Shown: positions 9,871-20,131 of the stretch, one piece after another
How the letters are laid out: each line of letters opens with the position of its first letter
Numbering within the stretch: position 1 is the stretch's first letter
Assembly (NCBI GenBank): GCA_963796055.1
Contig: CAWCKH010000004.1
Span: 2,144,001-2,208,000 of the forward strand
Direction: 5' to 3'
DNA from: an uncultured delta proteobacterium
GTDB lineage: Bacteria; Myxococcota; Myxococcia; Myxococcales; Myxococcaceae
Length of the DNA stretch: 64,000 bases
Notes under the pieces: model-generated
Told to the model about the DNA's origin: nothing
Databases searched by the model: none
What the model saw: the letters and a program-made list of their open reading frames with translations, nothing else
Position numbers and translations under genes: made by a program

Positions 9871-10685
9871 GCTTTCGATTGCTCGAGTGGTACGGCACCC
9901 ATCTGAAGCATCCCGGTCAGTGGCGCGTTCACGCCGGATTGCGCTCGCTCCTTGGCCCGCCGGCAGACGTCGACATCCCGGTGAAGCGGCAGGGAAAGGA
10001 GTGGGTGCTGAATCCGGCCGACTTCCCGCAGGTCGACCTGTTCTGGCTCGGCGAGTCGGACCGCTGGGACCTCCATCACGCCCGGAAACGGCTCCGGCCC
10101 GGGGCAGTCATCTTCGATGTCGGAGCCAACTTCGGCTACTACTCGGTGATGCTGGCCGCGGGCCTGCAGGGCGCTTGCGAGGTCCACTCGTTCGAGCCTT
10201 CGCCCGAGGCGTTTGCTCGATTGTGTCGCCACATCGCGCTGAATCGGCTGGAGTCCATTCACCCGCACCGGATCGGTCTTTCCGATTCCCCTGGTCTCGG
10301 GGCGCTCCGGCCGCGCGAGGGCAACTCGGGTGCCGCCTTTCTGGTGCCTGGTGGAGAGATCGAGATCTCCACGCTCGATCGGTTCGTCGAGGAACGGGGG
10401 TTGAAGCGCCTGGACTTCGTCAAGATCGACGTCGAGGGCCTCGAGGAACGGGTCCTTCGGGGAGGAATGAACGCGCTGGAGCGCTTCCGACCGATGATCT
10501 TGATCGAGATCCAGCCATTCACCATGGAGCGGGCCGGCTCTTCGGTGGCAGCGGTGGTGGCGCTCCTCACCAGCCTCGGCTACACGCTGATGCAGGCGAG
10601 GCGGCGTACACTCGTTCCGCTCCAGCATCGAGATGAGCCGGGATGGCTGGTCAACGCATTTTGTCTGCCACCCGGAGTGGTCTGA
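9852..10685 (+). CDS. FkbM-family SAM-dependent methyltransferase
   Basis: FDVGANFGYYS, SFEP, KIDVEG.E motifs; AAGGAGG precedes GTG 9852. Confidence 0.9.
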   Translation: MRPDSLSFRLLEWYGTHLKHPGQWRVHAGLRSLLGPPADVDIPVKRQGKEWVLNPADFPQVDLFWLGESDRWDLHHARKRLRPGAVIFDVGANFGYYSVMLAAGLQGACEVHSFEPSPEAFARLCRHIALNRLESIHPHRIGLSDSPGLGALRPREGNSGAAFLVPGGEIEISTLDRFVEERGLKRLDFVKIDVEGLEERVLRGGMNALERFRPMILIEIQPFTMERAGSSVAAVVALLTSLGYTLMQARRRTLVPLQHRDEPGWLVNAFCLPPGVV

Positions 10686-10746
10686 GCGGAACAGCCAGCC
10701 GGCACCCCCACGGCGGCGAGTTCATGGTCTTCCACCCGCGCCCCCG

Positions 10747-11045
10747 TCAGTGGGCGCGCCTTCCCCTTCGCCGGGCGCGTCGCTCGAGAGTGCCACGCGG
10801 CTCGCCGGTCAACGCCGCCAGGATGGCCGGGTACACGCGCGGGCTGCGCGGAAGGCGGAGGTGGCCCACTCCACCGACGACGGTGATGTGCTCGGGAGTG
10901 AAGACCGGGGCGCTGCGGGACTCCGAGGTGGATCGTGTGCCGGACGAGGGGCACCCACGAAGCCGAACGCGCGATTCCCTGCTGGAGCGCGCTGCGGACC
11001 ACCAGCCCACCCATGCTGTAGCCAATGAGGGCGATCTCGCTCGGG
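10747..11045 (-). pseudogene. Relic of an alpha/beta-hydrolase (lipase/PGAP1-like)
   Basis: IALIGYSMGGLVVRSAL...W...V...IHLGVP in one frame joined to GGVGHLRL...VYPAILAAL in another; no start, middle missing. Confidence 0.65.
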
Positions 11046-11118
11046 GGCAGGGCCAGGCGCGGACGAGCTGCTCGAGCGGGAGCGTGCCACACGCCGACTG
11101 CCCGCCGCGACCGGCCGT

Positions 11119-12141
11119 TCAGAGCTTCCAGAAGGGTCGGAGCGCCTCGCGGCTGGCCGCGATGGCGTTCATCGCCTCCCGGCTCGCGCCGCGCGGGAAG
11201 TCGTCGCGCCGCCCGGCCATCACCTCCAGACAGGCGTGCACGCTCCGGGGAAGCCCCAGCAGCGAGTACCCGCCCTCGAGCAGGAGCACCAGCCGCCCGC
11301 CGGCCACCTCGTCGGCCAGCGACTTCATCGCGCTGCACATCGCGGAGAAGCCCCGCTCGGTGGCGAGCATCCCCCCCAGCGGGTCGTCCTCGTGCGCGTC
11401 GAAGCCCGCGGAGACGATGACCAGGTCCGGCCGGAAGGCGTAGGCGATGGGGAGGAAGACGTCGTGGAAGGCGGCGCCCAGGTCGGCGTCGGTCCGGCCG
11501 GCGGGGAACGGCACGTTGACCGTGTAGCCGGCGCCGGCCCGTTCCCCCGTCTCGTGCGAGGCGCCGGTGCCCGGATAGAAGGGGTACTGGTGCACCGACT
11601 GGTAGAGCACGTCCCCGCGCTCCCAGAAGGCCGCCTGGGTCCCGTTCCCGTGGTGCACGTCCCAATCGAGGATGAGAACCCGGGCCGCCCCGAGCGCCCT
11701 CGCCGCCTCGGCCGCGATCGCCGCGTTGTTGAGGAAGCAGAAGCCCATCATCCGGTTGGGCTCGGCGTGGTGACCCGGCGGACGGACCAGGGCGAACGCC
11801 GTCCGGTGGGTACCGCCGAGCACCGCCTCCACCGCCTCGATGGCCGCCCCTGCCGCCGCCAGCGCCGCGTCGTGGGTGGCGGGCGAGGCGAAGGTGTCCA
11901 CGTCGATCGCCACGTGGGTGCCCCTGAGCCCGCCGAACTCCTCCAGCAGCTCGGGCTCGTGCACCCGGGCCACCTCTTCCGGCCGGGCCAGCCGTGGGGC
12001 GCGGAACTCGAGCGTGGGCAGCCGGTACTGCTCGAGGTACTCCAGCGTCCGGGACAGGCGGAGCGGTGACTCCGGGTGCCCGCGCCCGGGCTGGTGCTCG
12101 AGGAACAGGGGATGGGTGAAGACCAGGACGGGTGTGGACAC
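11119..12141 (-). CDS. Histone deacetylase-family (Zn-dependent deacetylase) protein
   Basis: HPE..RL, RPPGHHA, GFCFLNN, DWDVHHGNGTQ, SAGFD, LEGGY. Confidence 0.95.
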   Translation of the reverse strand: MSTPVLVFTHPLFLEHQPGRGHPESPLRLSRTLEYLEQYRLPTLEFRAPRLARPEEVARVHEPELLEEFGGLRGTHVAIDVDTFASPATHDAALAAAGAAIEAVEAVLGGTHRTAFALVRPPGHHAEPNRMMGFCFLNNAAIAAEAARALGAARVLILDWDVHHGNGTQAAFWERGDVLYQSVHQYPFYPGTGASHETGERAGAGYTVNVPFPAGRTDADLGAAFHDVFLPIAYAFRPDLVIVSAGFDAHEDDPLGGMLATERGFSAMCSAMKSLADEVAGGRLVLLLEGGYSLLGLPRSVHACLEVMAGRRDDFPRGASREAMNAIAASREALRPFWKL

Positions 12142-12244
12142 GGGTAGGCGGCGGGAAATGTAGCGCACCCGCGGCGCGCGGGCCGACCCGCCAAACGAGC
12201 CGCACGCCGGGCCGGTCCGGGAGAGTACAGTCCAGGGTCAATCC

Positions 12245-13978
12245 GTGGTGCGGTGGCTCCGACAACTCGGGCTGCGCAACGCGCTGTTCGGCGTCTCCAG
12301 CTTGTCGCTCCTGGCCGTGCTGGCGGCCATCTGGTTGTACGTCTCGCACGACAGGAGCCTGCTCGCCGCCATCCACCGGGGCGACGAGGCGGGGGTGCTG
12401 GACCAGCTCCGCCGGACCCTGTGGCTGGCGATGCTGGTGGGGTCGCTGGCCTTCGCCTCGCTGCTCTGGGTGCTGAGCCGGGTGGTGCTCACCCGTCCCC
12501 TGGAGGAGATCCTCGTCGCCGCGCGCCGGATGGGCGAGGCGGACCTGACCCAGACCGTCACCCTCGGTGGGGCGGACGAGCTCGCGGTGCTGGCCGGGGC
12601 CCTGAACCGGATCGGGCAGGGCCTCCGCGATACGCTCGCCCGGGTGCGCAGCGTCAGCGAGGCGGTGGGATCGGTCATCGACCAGCTGTCGCGCTCCGGG
12701 GTGCAGGTCAGCACCGGGGCGGCCACCATCCAGTCACAGCTCACCGAGACCAGCCGCTCGATGGCCGAGGCGGTGGGCACCCACCAGGAGGTCGCCGCTC
12801 ACGTCGAGGCGCTGCAGCGGACCGCGGAGGAGAGTGCGACCCGGATCGCGGAGATCGCCCGGCGCAACGAGGAGGTCGCCGAGGGCGTGGAGCAGATGGC
12901 GGCCAGCGTCCAGGAGACCACCACCGCCATCGACGAGATGACCCGGAGCATCCTCGACGTCGCCCGGGCCATCGAGGAGCTCGGCGGCTCGACGGAGGAG
13001 ACGTCCTTCAGCATCAAGCAGATGGACGTGAGCATCGGCCAGGTGGAGACCAACGCCAACGAGACGGCCCGGCTGTCCGATCAGGTCTCGGCGGAGGCGG
13101 CCAGCGGCGTGCAGTCGCTGCAGAAGACCCTGGCCGGCATCGACCGCATCCGCGAGTCCAGCGAGCTCGCCGCCCGGGTCATCGAGGGCCTTGGCCGCCG
13201 GGTGGGCGAGGTGGTGGCCATCCTCGACGTCATCGACGAGGTCGCCGAGCAGACCAACCTCCTGGCGCTCAACGCGGCGATCATCGCCGCCCAGGCCGGT
13301 GAGCAGGGGAAGGGCTTCGCGGTGGTGGCCGACGAGATCAAGGAGCTGGCCGAGCGAACTGGCGCCTCGACCAAGGAGATCTCCGAGCTCATCGCCCGGG
13401 TCCAGGAGGAGAGCCGGAACGCGGTGGAGGCGGTGGAGCAGGGCGTTCGCCACGTGCAGGAGGGCGTGGAGCTGGGCCGCGAGGCCGAGACCGCGCTGAA
13501 GCGCATCAGCGGCACCGCCAACCGGAGCACGGTGATGGTGAAGGCCATCGCCCGGGCCACCGTGGAGCAGGCGCGCGGGAGCAGGACCGTCACCGCCGCC
13601 GTCCAGCGCATCGCCGATACCGTCCAGTCGGTCACCCAGTCCGCGCAGGCCCAGGCCCGGGGCACGGCGCGCATCACCCAGTCCGCGCAGCACATGCAAA
13701 CCGTCACCGCCGACGTGCAGCGGCGCAGCCAGGAGCAGGCGGCGGGAAGTCGGCTCATCACCCGCGGGCTGGAGGCGATGCGGGAGCGAGTTCTGATGCT
13801 GGAGCGGGCCCAGCGCGAGCAGACCCGCGGCTCCGCGGTGGTGCTCAAGACCATGGAGGCCATCCGCGGGGTCAGCGAGGAGCAGGCGCGGACGGTGCGT
13901 CAGCTGGAGGAGGCCATCGCTCGGCTCCAGGAGGAGGCCGAGGTGCTGCGCGGCGAGGTGCGACGCTTCCGTCTATGA
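12245..13978 (+). CDS. Methyl-accepting chemotaxis protein
   Basis: Two TMs, HAMP (DEL..LA.ALN), signalling hairpin [34 protein letters not shown]. Confidence 0.95.
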   Translation: MVRWLRQLGLRNALFGVSSLSLLAVLAAIWLYVSHDRSLLAAIHRGDEAGVLDQLRRTLWLAMLVGSLAFASLLWVLSRVVLTRPLEEILVAARRMGEADLTQTVTLGGADELAVLAGALNRIGQGLRDTLARVRSVSEAVGSVIDQLSRSGVQVSTGAATIQSQLTETSRSMAEAVGTHQEVAAHVEALQRTAEESATRIAEIARRNEEVAEGVEQMAASVQETTTAIDEMTRSILDVARAIEELGGSTEETSFSIKQMDVSIGQVETNANETARLSDQVSAEAASGVQSLQKTLAGIDRIRESSELAARVIEGLGRRVGEVVAILDVIDEVAEQTNLLALNAAIIAAQAGEQGKGFAVVADEIKELAERTGASTKEISELIARVQEESRNAVEAVEQGVRHVQEGVELGREAETALKRISGTANRSTVMVKAIARATVEQARGSRTVTAAVQRIADTVQSVTQSAQAQARGTARITQSAQHMQTVTADVQRRSQEQAAGSRLITRGLEAMRERVLMLERAQREQTRGSAVVLKTMEAIRGVSEEQARTVRQLEEAIARLQEEAEVLRGEVRRFRL

Positions 13979-15252
13979 ATGCGGGCGCCATGCCTCCGCG
14001 CCGCGCGCCTTCCGAGCGATGGATGGTGTTCCTGATCGGCGCCGTCCAGTTCATCAACATCTGGGACTTCGTGATGGTGATGCCGCTCGGGCCGGACTTT
14101 GCCCGGGCGCTGGGCATTCCCCTCTCCCGGCTGGGGCTCGTCGGCGGTGCCTACACCGCCGCCGCGGCACTGGCCGGGGTGCTCGGCTCCACCTTCCTCG
14201 ACCGGTTCGACCGCCGGCCCGCCCTGGCGGTGGCGATGACCGGACTGGTGCTGGGGACGCTCGCCGGGGGCCTGGCCTGGAACTTCGAGTCGCTGCTCGC
14301 GGCGCGCTTCCTCGCCGGGGCGTTCGGTGGACCGGCGACCTCGCTGTCGCTCTCGATCATCGCCGACACCGTGCCGCCCGAGCGCCGGGGCAAGGCGATG
14401 GGCGCGGTGATGGGTGCGTTCTCGGTGGCCTCGGTGGTGGGCGTCCCGCTCAGCCTCCAGCTCTCGGTCTGGGGCGGATGGCGGCTCCCCTTCCTGGTGG
14501 TGGGCGGGCTGGGGCTCGGCGTCACCCTGGCGGTCGCGGCGTCGCTCCCCAGCCTCCGGGCGCACCTCACCCGGCGGGCGCAGGGCCTGGCCCCGGACAA
14601 GCCCCTCTTCCGCCCGCTGGTCCTCACCTCGTACGCGATGACCGCGGTCACCATGGCCAGTGGCTTCCTGGTCATCCCCAACATCTCGGCCTACGTGCAG
14701 ACCAACCTCGGGCTGCCGCGAAATCTCTTGCAGTGGGTCTACTTCATCGGCGGGCTGGTCAGCTTCGTCACCCTGCGGCTGGTGGGCCGGCTGGTGGACC
14801 GTTTCGGAAGCTTCCGGGTGGGGACGGTGGCGGTGCTGATCCTGGCGGTCGCCTTCGACCTGATGTTCGTCCACGTGCCGCGGGCCACTCCGGTCACGGG
14901 ACTCGCCATCCTCCTCTTCTTCGCGCTCTCGGCGCGAAACGTGAGCTACAACACGCTCGCCTCGAAGGTGCCGGAGCCGGCGGAGCGGGCGCGGTTCATG
15001 TCGTTGCAGTCCGCGGTCCAGCACGTCGCCAGCGCGCTGGGGGCGAGCCTCTCGTCGCAGGTGCTGTTCGTGCAATCGGACGGCAAGCTGGGCAACGTCC
15101 CGATGCTCGGCCGGATGGCCATCGCGCTCACCTTGCTGCTGCCGGTGTTGCTCTTCCGGGTGGAGCGCGAGGTACGACGGCGTGTGCCCCCTCCCACGCT
15201 CCTCCCTGCCGGGGCACCGGGGGGAATGGCAACCGCCTCCAAGAAGGTTTAA
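13975..15252 (+). CDS. MFS transporter
   Basis: Motif A (DRFDRR), about 12 TMs, ATGA overlap with the MCP. Confidence 0.9.
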   Translation: MNAGAMPPRRAPSERWMVFLIGAVQFINIWDFVMVMPLGPDFARALGIPLSRLGLVGGAYTAAAALAGVLGSTFLDRFDRRPALAVAMTGLVLGTLAGGLAWNFESLLAARFLAGAFGGPATSLSLSIIADTVPPERRGKAMGAVMGAFSVASVVGVPLSLQLSVWGGWRLPFLVVGGLGLGVTLAVAASLPSLRAHLTRRAQGLAPDKPLFRPLVLTSYAMTAVTMASGFLVIPNISAYVQTNLGLPRNLLQWVYFIGGLVSFVTLRLVGRLVDRFGSFRVGTVAVLILAVAFDLMFVHVPRATPVTGLAILLFFALSARNVSYNTLASKVPEPAERARFMSLQSAVQHVASALGASLSSQVLFVQSDGKLGNVPMLGRMAIALTLLLPVLLFRVEREVRRRVPPPTLLPAGAPGGMATASKKV

Positions 15253-15265
15253 GAGCGGGCAAGCG

Positions 15266-15724
15266 ATGTTCAACCTCGGCGCCGGCGAGATCGCGGTCAT
15301 CATGATCGTCGCCCTGCTGCTGCTCGGCCCGGACAAGCTCCCGGAGCTGGCGCGCGGGATCGGCAAGTTCGTGCGTGAGTTCCGGCGCCAGACCGACGAC
15401 GTCCGCGGCCTGGTCGAGCGCGAGTTCTACAAGATGGACCAGGAGGTCTTCGCCGAGGAGCAGGCGCAGGCCAAGCGCATCGAGCCGCCGGTGCCCGCAG
15501 AGGCCGTTCCGGCGCCCACGGTGGGCGCGGACGGCGAGCTCACCCCGCCGACTTACCCGTCGGTCTTCCCGCCCCCGGAGGGCGTCGTGGCCGCACACCC
15601 GGCCTCCGCGGCCCCGCTGGGGCTCGAGCCTGCTGCGCCCGCGGCATCCGAGCCGGCCGCCGCCCCCGCATCCGAGCCGCTCGCCTCGGCGCGCCCGGAG
15701 GGCGACCCCGCGCCGCATGGCTGA
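15266..15724 (+). CDS. tatB: Twin-arginine translocase subunit TatB (TatA/B family)
   Basis: MFNLGAGE...LLLGPDKLPELAR, Pro/Ala-rich tail, directly upstream of tatC. Confidence 0.88.
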   Translation: MFNLGAGEIAVIMIVALLLLGPDKLPELARGIGKFVREFRRQTDDVRGLVEREFYKMDQEVFAEEQAQAKRIEPPVPAEAVPAPTVGADGELTPPTYPSVFPPPEGVVAAHPASAAPLGLEPAAPAASEPAAAPASEPLASARPEGDPAPHG

Positions 15725-16949
15725 GGAGGAGCCACTCCAGGCACGGATGAGCCTGGCCGAGCACCTGGGCGAGCTGCGGAAGCGGCTGCTCCGGGTGGTC
15801 ATCGCGGTGCTGGTGCTGGGCGCGGCGGGCCTGGTGTTCGCCCGGCCCATCTTCGGCTTCCTCATGAAGCCGGTGCTCGACGCCCTCCCGCCGGCGGACC
15901 GGAGCCTCATCTACACCTCGGGCATCGAGGAGCTGAACGTGCTGATGAAGGTCGGCCTGTACGCCGGCATCTTCCTCGCGACGCCAGTTCTATTGACCCA
16001 GATCTGGGGCTTCGTGGCTCCGGGGCTGTACCCGCGGGAGCGGAAGTATGCCTTCCCCTTCGTGCTCCTGGGCACGGTGGCGTTTCTGATCGGCGCGACC
16101 TTCTGCTACCTGGTGGTGCTCCCCACGATGTTCAACTTCCTGCTCTCCAGCGGGGAAACCGGGCCGATCAAGGCACGGGTGGAGCGGGCCCGTGCGGTGG
16201 AGGTGGAGGCGCTCCGGTTCGCGCGCTCGGGTGACTTCGACCGCGCCGCCAACCTGGCGGACAACGAGGTCCAGCGCCTCAAGTCGCTCGGCACCGGCCG
16301 GGTCTCTGCGCCCGACCGCTTCGCCGACGGAGTGGTCGAGCTCCAGGCCCGGCTGGACGCCGAGGGCCGGCTGGTGGACGCCACCCGCGATGGGCTGGGG
16401 CTCGGGGCTGCCCCGGCGCTCCGACAGTCGCTGGAGAAGCGGATGGAGGCGGTGGATGCCTTCCAGTCCGGCGCGCTGGGGAAGTCCTCGGAGGCCCTCG
16501 AGCAGTCGGCCTCGCTGCTCGCCGGGGCCGCCGGCAGCCAGGGCTCCCAGGTGTCCCGGCTGTGGAAGATGCAGAAGACGCTCGCCGCCGGTCAGAGCTC
16601 GCTGGCGGCCGAGGCCTGGACCCGCCCCCTTCTGACGATGAGCGAGCAGCTGTCGCTGGTGCTGATGCTCCTGCTGGCCCTGGGGGTGGTGTTCGAGCTG
16701 CCGCTGGTGATGGCGCTCCTGGCCGCGCTGGGGCTGGTGAAGGCGAAGTTCCTGATGAAGTACCAGCGGCACGCGTTCGTGGTGTGCCTCATCCTGGCCG
16801 CGGTCATCACCCCCACCGGCGACCCGATCAACATGGGCATCCTCGCCGGGCCGATGCTGCTCTGCTACGAGGTGGGAGTGCTGGCCGCCTGGCTCATCGA
16901 GCGGCGGCGGGCGCGGAGCAGCTCCGAGACCGCGCTCACCCCGACCTGA
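15717..16949 (+). CDS. tatC: Twin-arginine translocase subunit TatC with large insertion
   Basis: HLGELRKRL, QIWGFVAPGLY..E, FELP, AAVITPTGDP, LCYE; 410 aa. Confidence 0.93.
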   Translation: MAEEEPLQARMSLAEHLGELRKRLLRVVIAVLVLGAAGLVFARPIFGFLMKPVLDALPPADRSLIYTSGIEELNVLMKVGLYAGIFLATPVLLTQIWGFVAPGLYPRERKYAFPFVLLGTVAFLIGATFCYLVVLPTMFNFLLSSGETGPIKARVERARAVEVEALRFARSGDFDRAANLADNEVQRLKSLGTGRVSAPDRFADGVVELQARLDAEGRLVDATRDGLGLGAAPALRQSLEKRMEAVDAFQSGALGKSSEALEQSASLLAGAAGSQGSQVSRLWKMQKTLAAGQSSLAAEAWTRPLLTMSEQLSLVLMLLLALGVVFELPLVMALLAALGLVKAKFLMKYQRHAFVVCLILAAVITPTGDPINMGILAGPMLLCYEVGVLAAWLIERRRARSSSETALTPT

Positions 16950-16958
16950 AGCCCCGGG

Positions 16959-17378
16959 CTACTCGGCGAACAGCTTGACCTCGATGTTGCCCCGGGTGGC
17001 CCTGCTGTAGGGGCAGACCTGGTGCGCGGCCTCCATCAGGGCCCGTGCCTCCTGGTGCGACACCCCATCGAGGTGGCCGTGCAGCTCGACGGCCAGCCCG
17101 AATCCACCGTCGTCGACCTTGCCGATGGTCACCCGGGCGGTGATGGTGGCGTCCCTCAGCGGCTTCCTCTGCGCCCGGGCGACGAATCGGAGCGCGCTCT
17201 CGAAGCACGCGGCGTAGCCCGAGGCGAAGAGCTGCTCGGGATTGGTGCCGGGCCCGCCCTTGCCTCCCAGTGAGGTGGGCATGGCCAGCACATGCGAGAC
17301 CTGGCCGTCGTCGGTCTGGACCTTGCCCTCGCGCCCCCCGTGGGCGGTGGCGGTGGCGGTGTACAGAGGCTGGAACAT
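16959..17378 (-). CDS. ohr: Organic hydroperoxide resistance protein
   Basis: LYTA.A...GGR.G, TNPEQLFA.GYAACF, AHQVCPYS.ATRGN. Confidence 0.95.
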   Translation of the reverse strand: MFQPLYTATATAHGGREGKVQTDDGQVSHVLAMPTSLGGKGGPGTNPEQLFASGYAACFESALRFVARAQRKPLRDATITARVTIGKVDDGGFGLAVELHGHLDGVSHQEARALMEAAHQVCPYSRATRGNIEVKLFAE

Positions 17379-17434
17379 GTGCGGCCGACTAATGGCGCGC
17401 CCGACCGCTGTCGAGGCGATCGCCCTGCAGAGCG

Positions 17435-19204
17435 TCAGGCGTGCGGCATCCGGCGGCGGCTCGCCCAGGCGGCCACGGCGAGGAGCGCGAGCATTCCGCC
17501 CGGGCCGCTCCCGGTGGTGCTGCAGCTCGAGGCCTGGCTGGCCACCGCGGTGGTGCGGGCGTCCAGGGCGGCGGGCGCCGGGGTTCCGCCGGCGATGCGG
17601 AACTCGACCGAGGCCTTCCGCGGCGTGCTGCCGGCGAAGGCGTAGCGGGCGATGACCGTCTTCACCGTTCCCGGGGCGAGGTCTCCGAGCGCACAGGGCA
17701 GCCCGAGCGTGCAGTCGAGATCGGTCGAGACCAGGCGCAGCGAGGGGTCGGCCTGGCCGTCCAGCACCACGCCGGTGGCGCTCCCGCTCCCCCGGTTGAC
17801 GACGTGCACGATGAAGCGGGGCGGGTGGCCCTCCTCGAAGGCGGGACCAAGCGTCGTCGCGCCGATGGTCAGCCCCCTCGGAGGGGTCCAGCCCACGTCC
17901 TCCAGCGCCGCCGGGGTGAGGTCCAGGGTGCGCGACAGGCTGGGGTTGATGATCGGCATCATCAGCAGCGGAGGCGAGGCGCTCGAGTCCCAGTGCCCAA
18001 CGCTCGAGCCGTCCGAGTAGGTGCTGGGGGTGTAGAGCAGCACGTCCCCGGCGAGGTTCTCGCCCGCGCGCCGCCCGTCGGCGTCGACGACCACCGGCTC
18101 CTTCCCGCCGTCCGAGACGTAGCCCTCGAGGAAGGCCCCGTCGTCGGACGAGAGGCCCCACACCGGAATGGTCAGCTCGGGCCCGGCGTCGCCGGTGTAC
18201 GCGGTGGGCCCGGTGCCGCTCTGGACGGGGCGGACCAGCAGACCCACGGCGCCGGCCGCCTGCGCGTTGAGCGCCCGCTGCGCAACGAAGCAGAAGAGCC
18301 CCGCGTCGGAGCGAAGCCCTCGTTCGGCCAGCACCAGCGCCCCCGGCGAGGGGGCCAGCGGACCGCAGGCGTCACGGACGGTGCCCCCGTCCGCGTCCTG
18401 GGCCAGCACCACCGGGGCGGTGACCGAGACGTGCCCGGGCCCGAACCGGGCGCGGGCGAGGGGAAGGGTGCGCCCGTCGGGAAGCCGCAGCAGCCCGTCC
18501 GTCCGGTCGAGGAGGACGTCCTTGGCCGCCCGCACCGCCGGTCCCACCCAGCTCACGTTGAGCGGCCGGCGGATCGCCTCGTCGTACTCGGCCGGGGACA
18601 GCTGTGAGAGCAGCACCCCGCTGGTGTCGTCCCGGGCCTGCTCCCGGAAGACGGTGGCGGACTTGATGAAGCCCAGCCCGTGGGCCATCTCGTGGAGGAA
18701 CACCGAGGCCAGGTCGGTGGTGCCGGTGGGGCCCTGGTTGTCCAGACCGGTGTACCAGGCGGTGATGCCGCAGCCAGACTGGCCCACGCGGGCGTTGAAC
18801 CGGGCGTCGATCTCCTCGCGGCCGGGCTCGAGGTCTCGCCCCGCCCGCTCGTTGGCCAGCGCGGCCGGGTACCGGTTGCTGTCGTAGAGCAAGGTGGGAC
18901 CCGCGGCGCCGAGCACCGCGGTGCCGCCGGAGCAGTCGAGGTCGCTGAACTCGGTGCGGATGGCGATGGGCACCTGGTTGCCCAGGGTGGCCGACCAGAG
19001 GGCCGCGGCGTACTGCGCGGCGATCAGCCGCTGCTCACCGAGCGTCGTCCCCGGGTTCCCGCCCACCGGGTCTGCCGGGGTGTGGTCGTCGAGCCCCTCG
19101 CCCGAGCCGTTCCCGTTCACGATGCGGATCTCCGCGCCGCCCAGCGCCGCACCGGACACCAGCAGGGTGCCGAGCCAGAGCGCCCGGAGCCTGGGGGAGG
19201 TCAC
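17435..19204 (-). CDS. Secreted zinc metallopeptidase with PA domain, DUF11-like Ig domain and MYXO-CTERM-like tail
   Basis: Signal peptide, GGNPGTTLGEQR, HEMAHGLG, PA domain (C..AQRALNAQAAGAVG), SSVGHWD...LMMP, C-terminal SSCSTT plus TM plus RRR. Confidence 0.8.
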   Translation of the reverse strand: MTSPRLRALWLGTLLVSGAALGGAEIRIVNGNGSGEGLDDHTPADPVGGNPGTTLGEQRLIAAQYAAALWSATLGNQVPIAIRTEFSDLDCSGGTAVLGAAGPTLLYDSNRYPAALANERAGRDLEPGREEIDARFNARVGQSGCGITAWYTGLDNQGPTGTTDLASVFLHEMAHGLGFIKSATVFREQARDDTSGVLLSQLSPAEYDEAIRRPLNVSWVGPAVRAAKDVLLDRTDGLLRLPDGRTLPLARARFGPGHVSVTAPVVLAQDADGGTVRDACGPLAPSPGALVLAERGLRSDAGLFCFVAQRALNAQAAGAVGLLVRPVQSGTGPTAYTGDAGPELTIPVWGLSSDDGAFLEGYVSDGGKEPVVVDADGRRAGENLAGDVLLYTPSTYSDGSSVGHWDSSASPPLLMMPIINPSLSRTLDLTPAALEDVGWTPPRGLTIGATTLGPAFEEGHPPRFIVHVVNRGSGSATGVVLDGQADPSLRLVSTDLDCTLGLPCALGDLAPGTVKTVIARYAFAGSTPRKASVEFRIAGGTPAPAALDARTTAVASQASSCSTTGSGPGGMLALLAVAAWASRRRMPHA

Positions 19205-19512
19205 CGGGTGTCCTCCGCCTCGCGCACCAGCGCCTCCGCCCCGTCCTCGCTGTCCACGCACCCCACGCGCAGGGTCCCATCGGGGGCCAGATGCCCCAGC
19301 ACCACCGCCGTGGGCCCGGCCGTGACGGGAGCCCCGGAGGCGTCCCGGGCGACCGGAGTCGTCAGGGCATTCCGCGCGACGTGGGGGCGGACCAGCGCGC
19401 GGGCGGTGGCCACCGCAGCCGGCCCCGACCCGGGAGCGGCCCCGGGACCGCACCCCGCCAGGGCGGAGGTTCCGAGGGCCAGGAGGGCCCGGCGCGCACG
19501 GGACGGAAGCAT
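19201..19512 (-). CDS. Small lipoprotein translationally coupled to the PA peptidase
   Basis: Lipobox ALAGC, C-terminal VLGHLAPDGTLRVGCV; stop overlaps the peptidase GTG. Confidence 0.65.
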   Translation of the reverse strand: MLPSRARRALLALGTSALAGCGPGAAPGSGPAAVATARALVRPHVARNALTTPVARDASGAPVTAGPTAVVLGHLAPDGTLRVGCVDSEDGAEALVREAEDTR

Positions 19513-19569
19513 CGGGAAGAGCCTCCGAGCATCATCGGGTACCCCCCTCCGCGGCAAGCCGTGTTATCG

Positions 19570-19803
19570 ATGTCCGTAGAGGGTGACGGCGAGATGACGA
19601 CCGATGGCGCGAAGACCTCGCGGGAGCGGGCCAAGGAAATCGCCGAGCAGCGACGAGCCGAGCGGCGGCAGCGGAAGCGCCACTGCGTCCTGTGCGGCGT
19701 GGAGGAGTCGGACCGGACGCCCCTGGGGCCGCATCCGGACGGCATCGGGCCCTCCTGCCGTGAAGAGGCCGCTTGCCTCTCGCGCCGGGCACGCTCGCTG
19801 TAG
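19570..19803 (+). CDS. Small basic Cys-rich (possibly Zn-binding) hypothetical protein
   Basis: Charged helix then CVLC...HPDG.GP.C....C; start 19570 or 19594. Confidence 0.65.
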   Translation: MSVEGDGEMTTDGAKTSRERAKEIAEQRRAERRQRKRHCVLCGVEESDRTPLGPHPDGIGPSCREEAACLSRRARSL

Positions 19804-19858
19804 CTTTCCAATACGGTTGTTGCTCGCTCCGGCGCATCGGATGTAAGAAGGTGGGCGC

Positions 19859-20074
19859 ATGGCCAGCGTTCCCTTCACCGGAGTGAAGGTGTTCTCGACG
19901 ACGCTCGCACGGGACCGCGAGACCATGGGTGAGACCATCACCAAGTGGCTCCGGGACAACCCCGGCGTGGAGGTGGTGGACCGGGTGGTGACCCAGAGCT
20001 CCGACAAGGAGTTCCACTGCCTGACCATCACCCTCTTCTACCGTCAGCGAGAAGCGCCCCCGCGCAGCGGGTAG
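19859..20074 (+). CDS. Small hypothetical protein, 71 aa
   Basis: Typical codon usage and RBS; FTGVKVFS.T..RDRE..GE.IT.W...SSD.EFHCLTIT.FY resembles a small myxobacterial protein (from memory). Confidence 0.75.
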   Translation: MASVPFTGVKVFSTTLARDRETMGETITKWLRDNPGVEVVDRVVTQSSDKEFHCLTITLFYRQREAPPRSG

Positions 20075-20131
20075 GCCCGGCGGAGTGCAGGGGGGTTGCG
20101 CTCCGGGCCCGGCTCGGGGAGACCTGTGGAC

